DNA of 64,000 bases from Phoronis australis. Its lineage: Eukaryota; Animalia; Phoronida. A program made the position numbers and the translations under genes. The stretch is taken from contig NMRA01000391.1 in the NCBI GenBank assembly GCA_002633005.1, positions 236,159 through 300,158 on the forward strand, in the 5' to 3' direction. This document shows positions 28,001 through 40,000 of the stretch, one piece after another; the first letter of the stretch is position 1; each line of letters begins with the position of its first letter. A model generated the notes under the pieces. That model had not been told where the DNA came from and did no database searches. It was given only the letters and a program-made list of their open reading frames with translations.

Positions 28001-31000
28001 TATTCATCACTGTAGACAATGATGTATTCCTCAAAATGTGTAAAAAAGCAACTGCAAATCAGATTAGATATCCTGCTGGAAATTTCATGTACTAATGTAG
28101 TGTTCACATGAGACAGCATTTTTGCGTCCTTTCATACGATCAAACTGAACAGACACACATTGGCTTTTAGAGTGCATCACCTTAGACGCAGTTGTAATAG
28201 GTTGCAAAACTAAATTCGTTCTTTACTTTTTTGGTAATCTAAGCACATTTTCTGTTTGCTAATTGGCAATATTCAGTTAAAGTGGTCCCGCATCTTGAGA
28301 ACCAGTTTTCTACACTGAAAAATGGGTATCAAACTGGTTCTCAAAATCTGGGCCTCCTGTATCGCTGATTAAACTACCGTAACACTAGACTTGCTTCATT
28401 GTCCCAATACGTAATGCTTGTCAGGAGTAAAATAGTGAATAGCATGTTCTGCACTAGTGATTCTGGTATACAAATGGATTCCAAAAATTAAAATGGACCC
28501 AAAACATTTGGAATATGGGTCCACTGGACGCCAGTATTTAGAAGGGCATAGAACACTGATCAATGGTTTTAATTATAAAAGTAAAAACTATTTTTATCTT
28601 TATTATTATTTATTAGTTAATAACCAACACAAAAACCACAACACAAATAAGGTACGTCAAAGCACAGGTGCCCTCTATTGTGCAGGTCTGTAACCAATGA
28701 CATGCTTCCCTACATGTACAAGAAACAATACATTCATTCACTGAAGTCAGGTACATCATACAAACAAATCGCGAATAAAAAAATTACCTTTTCACCCATC
28801 GAGACCCCTCCAGAAGTGACAATGATGTCAACTTTCCTTAAGCCATCGGTGAGTAATTTCAACAACGCTTCCGGTCTGAAAACAAATTCAGACCGAGGTT
28901 AATAACAACTACCCGTCAATGTTGACCACAAACACTACAAATTTCTGTTCCATTGAAATATTCATTATGTTGCCATTAGATACCAACTCGAGATCTAGTA
29001 TGAAATTCCAAAATGAGCAACATATTGTATTAAAGTTGTGTAGGATCTTATTAACAGAACTGTACAATTAGCGAAATAGCTACAAATCTATAGATTTTAA
29101 ATCTGTAAAAGATTAGAGAACATTTTTGACTTTTCACTAATCTGTTATCAATTGGGTCATGTGACCATTACATTCTAGCAAAATTTAGCAAAAAAGAAAG
29201 GTACATCGATAGCAAACCCTGCTTTGTATATGGTATATTTTGGGCCTATGGCCATATGTAATATATTTCAATAAAACACAACAAAACATAACTGGTGGAA
29301 TACAATATGTCACGATTTCATTCAACCAAAATGTGCATACTTAATTTGGTTAACATCTTTATTCATGTGGAACAGGTCCGCGATGTTTTTTTGTTAAAGA
29401 GACATTTCTTTTTTATTCGTTACATTTCGCAAACAGAAATTAAAACCAGGTTATCCAATCACACAAAATATGCGCCAAAAATTTTCCACACCACGACAGA
29501 AAATGCCAATAAATGATCAGATCAAAAAACGTAAAAAGTGTCGAAAAGAAATAAATTTTGTCAATTTCATTAATCCTTCAAAAATAACAAAATGGTAATC
29601 ATATCAGCAACCGAAGGAACTGTTAAGATGAAGCAACTTGAACGTCAGTTTATTTTCTGAGTTCCTGATCCTATTTCATTAAAGCCAAGTATAAGAATGG
29701 AATCAGTGCTTCCAAATGCCAGCACACAACCACGGATTTGATATTAGCAAACTTCTGCTAACTTCCAATCAGAGATAAATAGGAAACAAAATCTCAGATG
29801 TGACACTATGAAATGAACTATAATGACGGACAGAAGTTAAGGCCAAAAATACAAGTTTCGTCTTTACATACTCAGACTAAACAATAATGCTGGTCCGTAT
29901 CGTTTCAGCCAAGGTCTCGTGTGTTTTTGAAAACCTGCACAAAGGCATATATATAAGTAAAGATAAGCAAGGTTTGAAACAACATGACTTGCCAAGCCAT
30001 GGGTAAACAAAATAAACAAAACCTGCATAATTTTTGCTAGTCTTAGGCGGATTTCCTGGTTTTTAAAAGTGAGCAACACAAAATACCTCACCACCAACTC
30101 AATTATCAAGAACAGACCAAATCTATGTAAGTAATCTGTTTTGGCCTTAAACACTGAATACCTGTCTTCAGCAATTCCAATGTCAATAACATAAAAGCCG
30201 TGTTGTCGTAGCAAGGTAAACAGAGTCACTCTGTTACTGTCTCTGATTTTACCCTCAGGGAGTTCACTGTCTGGTTCAACAAGCTGAAACAAGACAAAAA
30301 CACATCCTAGAAACTGTGCTTTACAAAATTTGTGCAAAATGAGAAAGCTGGGGTTAACTTCTACAGGTCTGATACATTTTGTTAAGCAGATTTTGCAAAA
30401 GCTCAACAAATCAGGCAATGACAGGGAAAATGCAAGCACCGTCATGTGTGTTATTCGATAAGAAGCAATTTTAAGAGGAATTACACAGGTCATTTTAAAG
30501 AGTGAGGGGTTCAGGGGTTTAGGTTCACGTTAACAGTATAAGAGAAACTGCAGTTTGATTTTAAGATAACACCACATCAGGGTTGTCAAACCATTAAACA
30601 TTACACCTGCAACCTTCATGTTAGAAATCCATATTTCGAAAGTGAAAACTTGAAGTTTCTAAGACATTCAGATAGTTTTAATTTCAATCGAAAGATGAGA
30701 TATCCCAAAACAACAATTTTCAGTTTCAAATCGTATCGTGTTTAATAAAAAGCAACATTGCGTAAAAACTCAGCACATCACATCGATATTATGGCTTTTA
30801 CAGTCAGTATGGTTGATTTCTCCCCACATTACCATGGCTCAGCAAATCTCGATGAACCATTGTAATTCCTGACTACTTTTTAGGAGCCCGCGTTTTCAGT
30901 GCTCAAGTTATCACGGCGAAACGCGGTGAATTCCCTTTCCCATTCTCAAAATGTAGCCTACTTCATCGAAATATGTGTCTCCAGTTTCACTCTCAACATC

Positions 31001-34000
31001 TTAACATGATTTCCGAACCAGATGATATCCCACAATGCAAGGGCAAGTAAACACATTTTCCATTGGTCAGTACTTCACAACTGTGAGCAACTGCAACTGA
31101 ACAATCACAAAAGGAAATTCTGTATACAAATTGCATTATACACTTGTACTCAGGATAGTTATTGATCTAGTATTCTCTACTATTTCCGTCACTTTCAGTT
31201 TTTTTTTCTGTCTTGATCTTCACTGATCTGGTGCTTTGAAACGCTGATAATTTTAAAGACATTTTTAACTTTCATCTGATTTTTAAAAAATAAATGCAAT
31301 GCACAAAATCTATAGCATCTGAAAATGCGCTGCGTACTTATTTGTTAGGCCACAGAATATGGATAAATCCATAAAAGTTTAATTATTTTTTCATTTATTG
31401 TAATATTTAAAATGAGGGTGGCCTCTTCAATGATAGCACTGCTTTCAAAGTTGCCAACCCAGCCATATCACGCATTGAAGTCTACCTTAAAAATTCAATG
31501 AAAGTAAAAACAATTTTAAAAATATTTTGTTTTACATCTCATTATTAGTGCTACAGCTAAACTCCACAACTATAGTAACATCCCAAATTCAACTTTCCCA
31601 TTGTGCCGAGGTAGAAATCGCGCTTCTGAGTTCGGACAAGCAAAGAGTGATCACGCCCGACCCTGCTTGTCAAATTTATTGATCATTGTACAACAGTGAA
31701 ACTCCACTGACGTAAGAGTTACCAAGAATGCTGTAATAATCTTGGTGTCAAAAAGTGATTTCCAGCAGCACAGAGCAATTAGCGGGTACATGACTACCTG
31801 GAGAATTTTGCAGAACTAAAAAAGCTCTGTGGAATTACTGGATGTAACTACTCAATCAATTCTACAGCCCAAACTTATCTCAATCTGGTCACTATCTTAA
31901 TCCGGTTACCTGTTTCAATACCAAAGACAGCGTTACGAACATCTTCGATATTAAAACAGTATTCAAATGAGGACTTTTAGAAAAACTTCAGCACACCAAA
32001 GCAAAACCATGCCAGCATACCTCATTTCCAGTTGACATGACACCCACAACTGGTCGTTTGAAGCACTTTACTTTGGTCACGCCTACTGTTGCTAAGAGAC
32101 CAACCTCTGGGGCTCCAATGAGTGTTCCCGCAGTCAACACTGTCTGGCCCTTTTGGATATCACAACCGATGGGTCTACAATGCAGATGGCTTGGTACAAG
32201 TTAAAGCTGCATTTCTCCTGTTTAGCTGGTTAAACAAACGAAAGTTGAATTGGCTTTTTATTGTCATAAAATTGGCCTTGTAATATTCCTAACCTAATGC
32301 TACCTATTCAAGTCAAAGTTAATGCATACATGAGCCATTTAAATAGTAGGGCATATTGCAGCCTTAAACTAAACACAGTAGATTTTCCATGGTTCAAAAA
32401 CAAAGTTGTACTCGATGAAAACGAGTGAGAGTCTTCATTTTGGTGACAGTTAAATCTCAAAATAGACATGACTCGGGCTGACTGGCGGTCACCTCTACAG
32501 CATTTTCACACAAAAACTAAAACTAATTACTTGCCATGGGAAAGAGATAACAAAATTGAAAATTTTACAAAGAGGAAATGCAACAATACCTAAATAATTA
32601 TAATAATAATTATACCACATTATCAGCCTGACATGGCCAATACAACTGTTACAGTTAAATAACCCATTTAGTTATTCAACGCATGTTGAATAACATTTTG
32701 GCGGGAACCGAGGCTAGTTTCGAGCCCGCTTCGCAGGAGTTTCGAGTCATTGACTTAACCACTGCAACACTCAGCAGCTGACGTCATCGAACGTAAAAGT
32801 AGTACGCGCAATAATCACATGTTCAACAAACGGCATTGTACTGACATTTATACGCTAAGAAAAAGTAAGATGCACAATTTCAATTAAAACAAAATCTTTA
32901 ATTCAGTAAAATTTATCTCTTATCTGTAAATCATCGATTTCCAGTTTGAATGCGGGTAATGTCGTTGGGATCCTTTGACATGGGCTTTATACTCAGTAAC
33001 CAGTGGTAACGTACTTTAGCAGACAATATTTTACAGTTGAAGCTCAGCATGATAAAATGTGCAATAAGCTAGACTAGTAGCTTTTAAAACTTATTTTATA
33101 GATTCGCCTGATTTCTGTTTTGTTTAAATTTGCAATTGGTTTTTGAGTAAAAACATTATTTTAGTTGTTCTTGTCTTTTTGTGTTAATGTAAATAGGCCC
33201 ATTGTAAATAACTCAGCAAGGTCACGGTCTCCGACTCCGGGCCTCTGACATAGAAAATAGTTACAAAGAAGAGGAGAGATCGATTCATTGAAATGTTTCT
33301 CTTTCAGTATGTGGTATAAATAGGTTATTACATGTTCTCAGTTTGTTATCCCATTATCTAGAGCCCTCGTGGATTTTGTAGAATTATCCACTCGGGATTA
33401 CGGAGGATAATGACTTCGCCATGTAATAATCCATATATATCCAATTTCAGGAATGACTGTAATGAGGCCGTTTTCTAAAAGTAATTGCCAGTCATTTTAA
33501 AGCCCCATCCAACACCATTTTTGAAAACCACTGGTTTGTTTTATAATACAGTGAGTTACAATTCCTAATTACATGTACAGCATGGACTTCTTTGATTGCT
33601 TCAATGTCAAGACTCCCCTCCCCTGATTGATTTCAGTTTGAATTCTGCCATCAATTTTGGCTTGACCTCAATAGCATGGGTATTTAAATATCACGCCACC
33701 TAAAATTCATGGCAAATTTCTTTTAGGATGCTCCTAGGCTAGTAAATCATTTGGTTAGCCATATAGCTTTATAACAGATGAATACATTGGACAATGAGTC
33801 ATAGAACGTGTTTTCACAAGACACCAATATTTCGAGGACCTCTACCTAATGTCCTGACCAGCCGTTGGAGTGGAGAGTATGTTAACCTCTAACTCTGTCT
33901 TCCCGTCATCCCCTTCCTTGACCAGCTCTGTGTCCTCTACTTGCACCACAGCATCGGCACCAGGTGGCAGTGGTGCACCAGTGTTGATTCTCATACACAC

Positions 34001-37000
34001 ACCAGATGTCACTGTCTCTGTAGGCTAGAAGTTGACGTCACGAAAAATTGTAAATGACATCTCTGCAGTGATCAAGAGACTACTTAAAGCGACATTATCT
34101 TTAAGAAAAGCAGTTTTCTAATATCAGCCCCAACCTGGAATCAAACTCATTCTCAGTCGTTGCAGTATAACCCTCTGCTGGCAGAGCTAACACAACTTCA
34201 AAAAGGCAGAATCATTGGTCTCAACTTTTCCCTTACCATGATAAGACTTGTTTTATGTTCTGAATAACCCTAATCAGGTAAAAACACGTGTCAAAACCAT
34301 GAATTTTATTGACATGAAAGACCAAAAACAGACTCAGAATCAGCAAGAGAGACCAAAAACTGACAGAATCAAAACAAAACGTACCACTGATCCAGCGGTA
34401 GACCCTCCAAGCACTTTACGATGACCACTACCATCAGCAGCTAAAACAGGCCAAAGGGAAAGAAGTTCAACACAGACATTAAGAACAGCTAACAAAACAG
34501 GTTAGTATATTGGACAGTTTACAGTACAGTAGAATCACACCAATTTAGGACACGATGAGACTGACAAGTGAAAGTTTGTTTTATCGTGTTTTATATGAAA
34601 CATAGGTAGCACCAAATTAATTGCATTTCCACGCTGAGGTTTTGTATCATGACTAAAATCAAAGATTCAAAATGAAAAATAGTGGGCATTCACAACAATG
34701 TTAGAACTTAAAAGCCCATGAAAATGAAGAGCAATTGCTCAAAATTGGCAAGATTTTACCCATACAATTGGCCACTAATGGAAAATGAATAATCACAACT
34801 GAACAAGAATTCCGTCTACAACATGACACATTGATATGCACCCACCATGTGCGTCGCATACAGCGCAGATACAACGAATGATTATTATTTTAAATATACC
34901 CATGAAAAGAAGTACTGACTACTGATACTGTTAAGGAATTCAGAAGATACAAAGGCAAAGTATAAAGGCAAAAAACTAATATTGCCATTAGGGGGCACAC
35001 CGGTAGTTGTATTCATATGAGAGCACATAAAAATACACGAGCATCCCTTGGTAGTACAACATTGCTGAGGCTCTTTCTAACATCTTTAAGAACTAGAAAT
35101 CTGAGCTTTTACCCAACAAGCAACTGTGTTTGGATAGAAACTTTAAACATATATATTGTTATTGTTTGTAAACACAAACATTATGATCCTAATTTTTAAA
35201 ACATAGAATTCGAATGCCAGTCTCAAGATTGAGGGTCACAAATTTTCCATCATGTGGGGGACCTGAGGTGCATAATGTTGTGTATCAAATTTAAATTCCA
35301 CAGTATCAAGGTTGACTGGTTAGGGCTCCTGAGAAGCACAATATAGAACATTTTGTGCAGAATTCTCACCAAGAACAGCGTACCCATCCTTGATAGAGGC
35401 TGGAAATGGTGGCAGTGGGTCCTGGGCTACGACATCTTCAGCCAGGACACATCCTCTAGCATCTGCAATGGAAGGCTCACAGTTAAGTCCAAACTTGATA
35501 AAAATGCCACAGAACACCATGGTCATGAAGATGATAGGTATTTAATTATGCAAGGATCTACAATGTTGACAGCATAACAATCATCACAGGATTGGGTAGG
35601 AGCAAAATTTAGTTTTTACCTGCTGAAACCATGATACAAAAAGTACAGGATAAGCGGGAATATTTTGCCAATTTTTTGTCTTGTAAAAAATCTCCAGTTC
35701 AGGCAATCTAGGAACAAAATTCAAGCAAGATTTGAATTTTCTAGATTAAGGCGTTCATCATTTTTCTCAAATACTGGACATTGCATTTTGAATCAACAGA
35801 ATCTCAAAACAGACCTACAGTTTAAAAAATTGTAGAACATGAAAAGAATCCTACGAGGACACTCTAACTGGTCCAGATTGGGCAACTTGAATGGAATTCG
35901 AATCATTCTGTGCCACAGATTCTGCCAGCAAAGACACCATGCTGATGTGGTTAAACAAACAGCCTTGGACTGCTAATGTTAACGTTCTCTGGATAACGAG
36001 ACCCATCATAAACACATTGGGGCGACATTTTGATAGTTTGTAAATATCATATTTTATTTGAATAACTTGTGAAAAGCACACGTGATTAGGTTGTTGAATT
36101 TTGAAAATTGGACAAGAAATTTGATTTTTACAACCTAAAATGTTTGTTTAGGTTGCAATATGTTGCTCATTTAAATTCTGCAGGGTGTGCAACATAATTA
36201 GGCTAATTAGCAAACCATAAGGCAGTAGCTGGATTTTGAGGTAAGCCAAGTGTCATCGTACAATTCTTGGCATGAAATAGCTGATGACACGTTTTCATGC
36301 CGCAACCAGTGTTTAAAATCGAAGCAACTGATTGAGGTTGTTGATCGTCATTCTTGAATTTAGAACAGCCAGTATAGCATATTTCTAAACTTTGGAGGAA
36401 GTTCTAACCTTGAGCAAAATAACTAATTTTTCACTGTCCCAAACTAGAGGATCACTGTACAGTATAGGCAGTAGAAGTGGTGGTGTTGATAACTATATTG
36501 GAATGTGTTTATATCCTGTAGTTACATATTCTATCCTGTTGTTGTTTATGGTTTACTGGTTCCTGTTTTGTAGTAGTCAGTACTGTATTAGTCATATATT
36601 CCTAGAACTGATTGACTTCCTGTACATTTCTGTATATATTCTATTATTTGTTGATATGAATACACTTTTAGTTCGACAGCCAACTGGGCAACTTGTCTTT
36701 ATCTCCAATGACTTTTCAGTGTCGCAAATACTGTTTTTCATAATTTGGTAGCCACGTTCTGAGTAGCCCTGCATTTTGAAAGTACGGAAGAACACCCCAC
36801 CCATTTTGTGTAAGAGCCTAGGATGGAATTTGCCTTTTTCTCAATAATGTCAATGTGGCAATTTATCAGCACGTTTTTAGTAACCTTACGTTTAAAGTCG
36901 ACCATTTCAGAGCCCAAATCCAGTGCTTTTCTCATCACTGTTGCTAAAGCCTCTTCTACAGAAATGAGAGGGAACGCCGATTTCCTGTCTCGTCTAGCGA

Positions 37001-40000
37001 CTCTCGTGTCGTCAACATCACCTGAATCAACATGCTACACAATGAACAGGCAGTATTCCGCACGTCTAGTAAAATATTGCTTAATAAAGATACGAAATAT
37101 GAACTTACTAAAATCCAAATAAAGGATCAAAAAATTAAACAAATTCTTAAACAAATTTAAAATAGCTTTTGTGCTCCATTAATTCATTAATTTATAACAG
37201 AAAAATACTTTCCTAGTTTCTGTCATTTGTAATAGTGGGTGCCACCTGGTGGCAAATTACAGCCAAATTCAAGTTGTCTACTATGAAGATAATGGGCTCA
37301 GTGTTTTTGTGTGAGGCAGACTGATTATGAAAGAACTATAATGAAGTCTTACTTTTCAGACTAGGAGTGTGATGATGATGGTGGTGTCCATGATGGGGAT
37401 TACTATGGTGATAGTGGTGATGACCATCTCCATGGCGATTGCTGTGGTGATGCTGTAATGCCAGAAAAGATCATAAATAACTTAGCCACATATTTACCAA
37501 CACTTGAAAATGAATCAAGTCAACAAAGGGTCTAACTAATGAATATTTATTAAGTACCTAGACACCTTTTTTTTATAAGGCAAAACGGATCTACTTCATA
37601 GAATCAGATTTCCTTCAGAGTTAGAGATTTTAAACGGAATAATTTGAGTAGCAGATACCAAAGTTGAATATTTATGGTCCTTAAATGCCAAAACTAGGAA
37701 TATAATTCAGCTAACTTCACAATTCTGGCCACAAAACAAGTAATGGGCCCTTTGCAGCAGTGGCTCAAGTGGTTGTTCAGTGTTGGAATGTGGCGATGTT
37801 CTTCTTTTGGTTTTAAGAAACAATAAACATGGCATGCAGCAAGTAATCAGAAAAAGCAAGGCAATTCCCAGACCATTTTTATGCCATGAACCACTTTGAA
37901 ATATGCCAATTTTTCACTAATATTTCTACACAAAATAATACATTTTCCTCATAGTCGGGGTGTGCCAAGTAAACTGAAACTAAATGCTTCATAGTTTCTA
38001 GGTGAGCAATTATATGAACCAAGTGACTAACCAAGCGTGAACTTAACAAAACACGACCAACAGGTTGTCAACGTGATCCAATTAAAGGAGAATGCCACCC
38101 GATTTAATTGGTCTTTTTTACAATCTTAATCGGTCTATATCCACATCGCCTCTTATATGGTCGACCTCACCTTGCCGAGAGGTGTCGAGTTAACCTGTGA
38201 GGAAGGTGAGAAGCGATGCAGCGACGTCACTGGTTCGTCTGCAGAGTGAATGCCGCTATATTGCGGTGCATCGGTTCCAGCTTGTCCGAACTATGAAGCT
38301 TTTTCGACTTCCTCGAGAGCCCGAAATGCTTAGGAAGTGGCTCGCGGTAGAGAAGAATGAAAGGTATGCTGTTAATAGCAAGTATGAGGCCGTGAAACAT
38401 CTCCGTGTCTGTGGCTGGCATTTCGTCGACAGTGATTTCTCCGACGAATTCTGGCTTACCAAAGAACTATCCGTTGCCTATGCATGTTCACGGCGCCTCT
38501 CTAGTATTTCTTGATCAGTGTATTCCGGTTCAAACTGATAGCCTGTGAAACCTAACGATCCGACCCGTGAAGTCTTCGTTGGATGAGCTCCTGACTAAGT
38601 CGAGATTGGCGCCGTGTAGACGTGTATTATCCTGCGTTCTGTTTCAAAATGAATTATTCTCATCCTAAAATGATCCAAACCAATGCTTATATGAAAATAA
38701 TCACAAAGCCCGTCTCCTTTAGGTACAATTTGTAATGCCTTGGAGTGCTTGCGAGTGCAAATGTTTTGAGATCGAAGCCAGCAATGAATAAACCACTGCG
38801 TTACCGGCTTTTGATGCCGGCAACAAAAGTATACAACTGACCGGGCACTGAGGCCGTGTGAGCGCATGCTAATTCAGTGTTTGCTGCTGTGAAACAATTA
38901 CTCGCTTTTATATGCTATTGTCACATGTTAGGGGAATCTTTATTTAGAAACAAAAATACATTATTCAAATCGTTGTTACTGTACAATCTTTGCCCTGACA
39001 GTCTGTGGAAGGGGAACCCGATTTTGGCGGCTCCCGACAAGTACTACCGGTAAGTAGATTTTCAGTTTCGTGGCTAATTCACATAAATAATTACGTGCAC
39101 ATTATTTCTTTGGCTCACTATTATATAGTCTCTTCATGACTGAAGGTTTAGTTTCCAACTCAAGCTGGTTTATGTTCGTGCCAGTCCCGGCGGCCGTGAC
39201 GGGCCTGATCGGGTTCCGAGCCACTGGCCGGGATAACAAGCGTTTTGTGTATTTAGAACTCAAAAAATCACAAGTATAAACAACACAGATCTACGTTCTC
39301 CTGTCTGTATTTCACGGAAGAATACAAATTTATCTCCGAACGGACCCCAAACTCCTGCTATGGACCTTAGTAAATTGGCCTGCCAAACTTTGTAGGCTAC
39401 GGTGTGTCCAAATAATAGCGAAATAAAACAACAAGTTTTAATAAGAACTCGGTGTATTTTTAAGGGTTTTACATCGAAGTTTGATGATTTATTGGTGTTA
39501 AACGATGAATTCAAGCGATAAGCTGACACCACTTACCCGTGTTGTGAACTGCTGAACAGACTGCGTGTGAAACCAATTACGTCATTGGATAATTTCAATA
39601 CCTCCGTCTGCCATCAGGTGTCAGGTAACGCAACCGTACCTGCCGTTATCGAGTAGAACTACTCGATCTAAATTGATACAAAATAGGTTGTTTTTTGGGT
39701 GGCATTCTCCTTTAACAATAACTAAGTTACTTCATGCTGTTCCATTATATACCACTGCAGATAACCCAAGATCGGTGAATCATTCTTTTGAGCACATGAC
39801 CCTCAGTGACACAACACTCATCCAGGTCACCCCTTTCACCTAATGTTTTTAAAAAACAGCATGAGATATCGCATATGAACAGATGAATCAACTGGTGAAT
39901 ACAAAATGTTCATACAATATAAACACAGGGAAAGAGGTGTGTATTTAAAGACACGGCTTTGCGTTGATGTTTTCTGAAGTGCAAAACCGACTGCGAATTC

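Noticed and set aside
29864-30493. 209-aa minus-strand ORF
   Set aside because: Only 30162-30283 is a gephyrin exon; the rest is chance open intron.
37740-37815. Additional His/Cys-containing gephyrin linker exon ([19 protein letters not shown])
   Set aside because: No convincing acceptor/donor pair, and the model is already phase-consistent without it.
38197-38514. Intact THAP-domain host gene
   Set aside because: The N-terminal Cys region is frameshifted, the ORF stops right after the domain, and it lies within TIRs and TTAA duplications.
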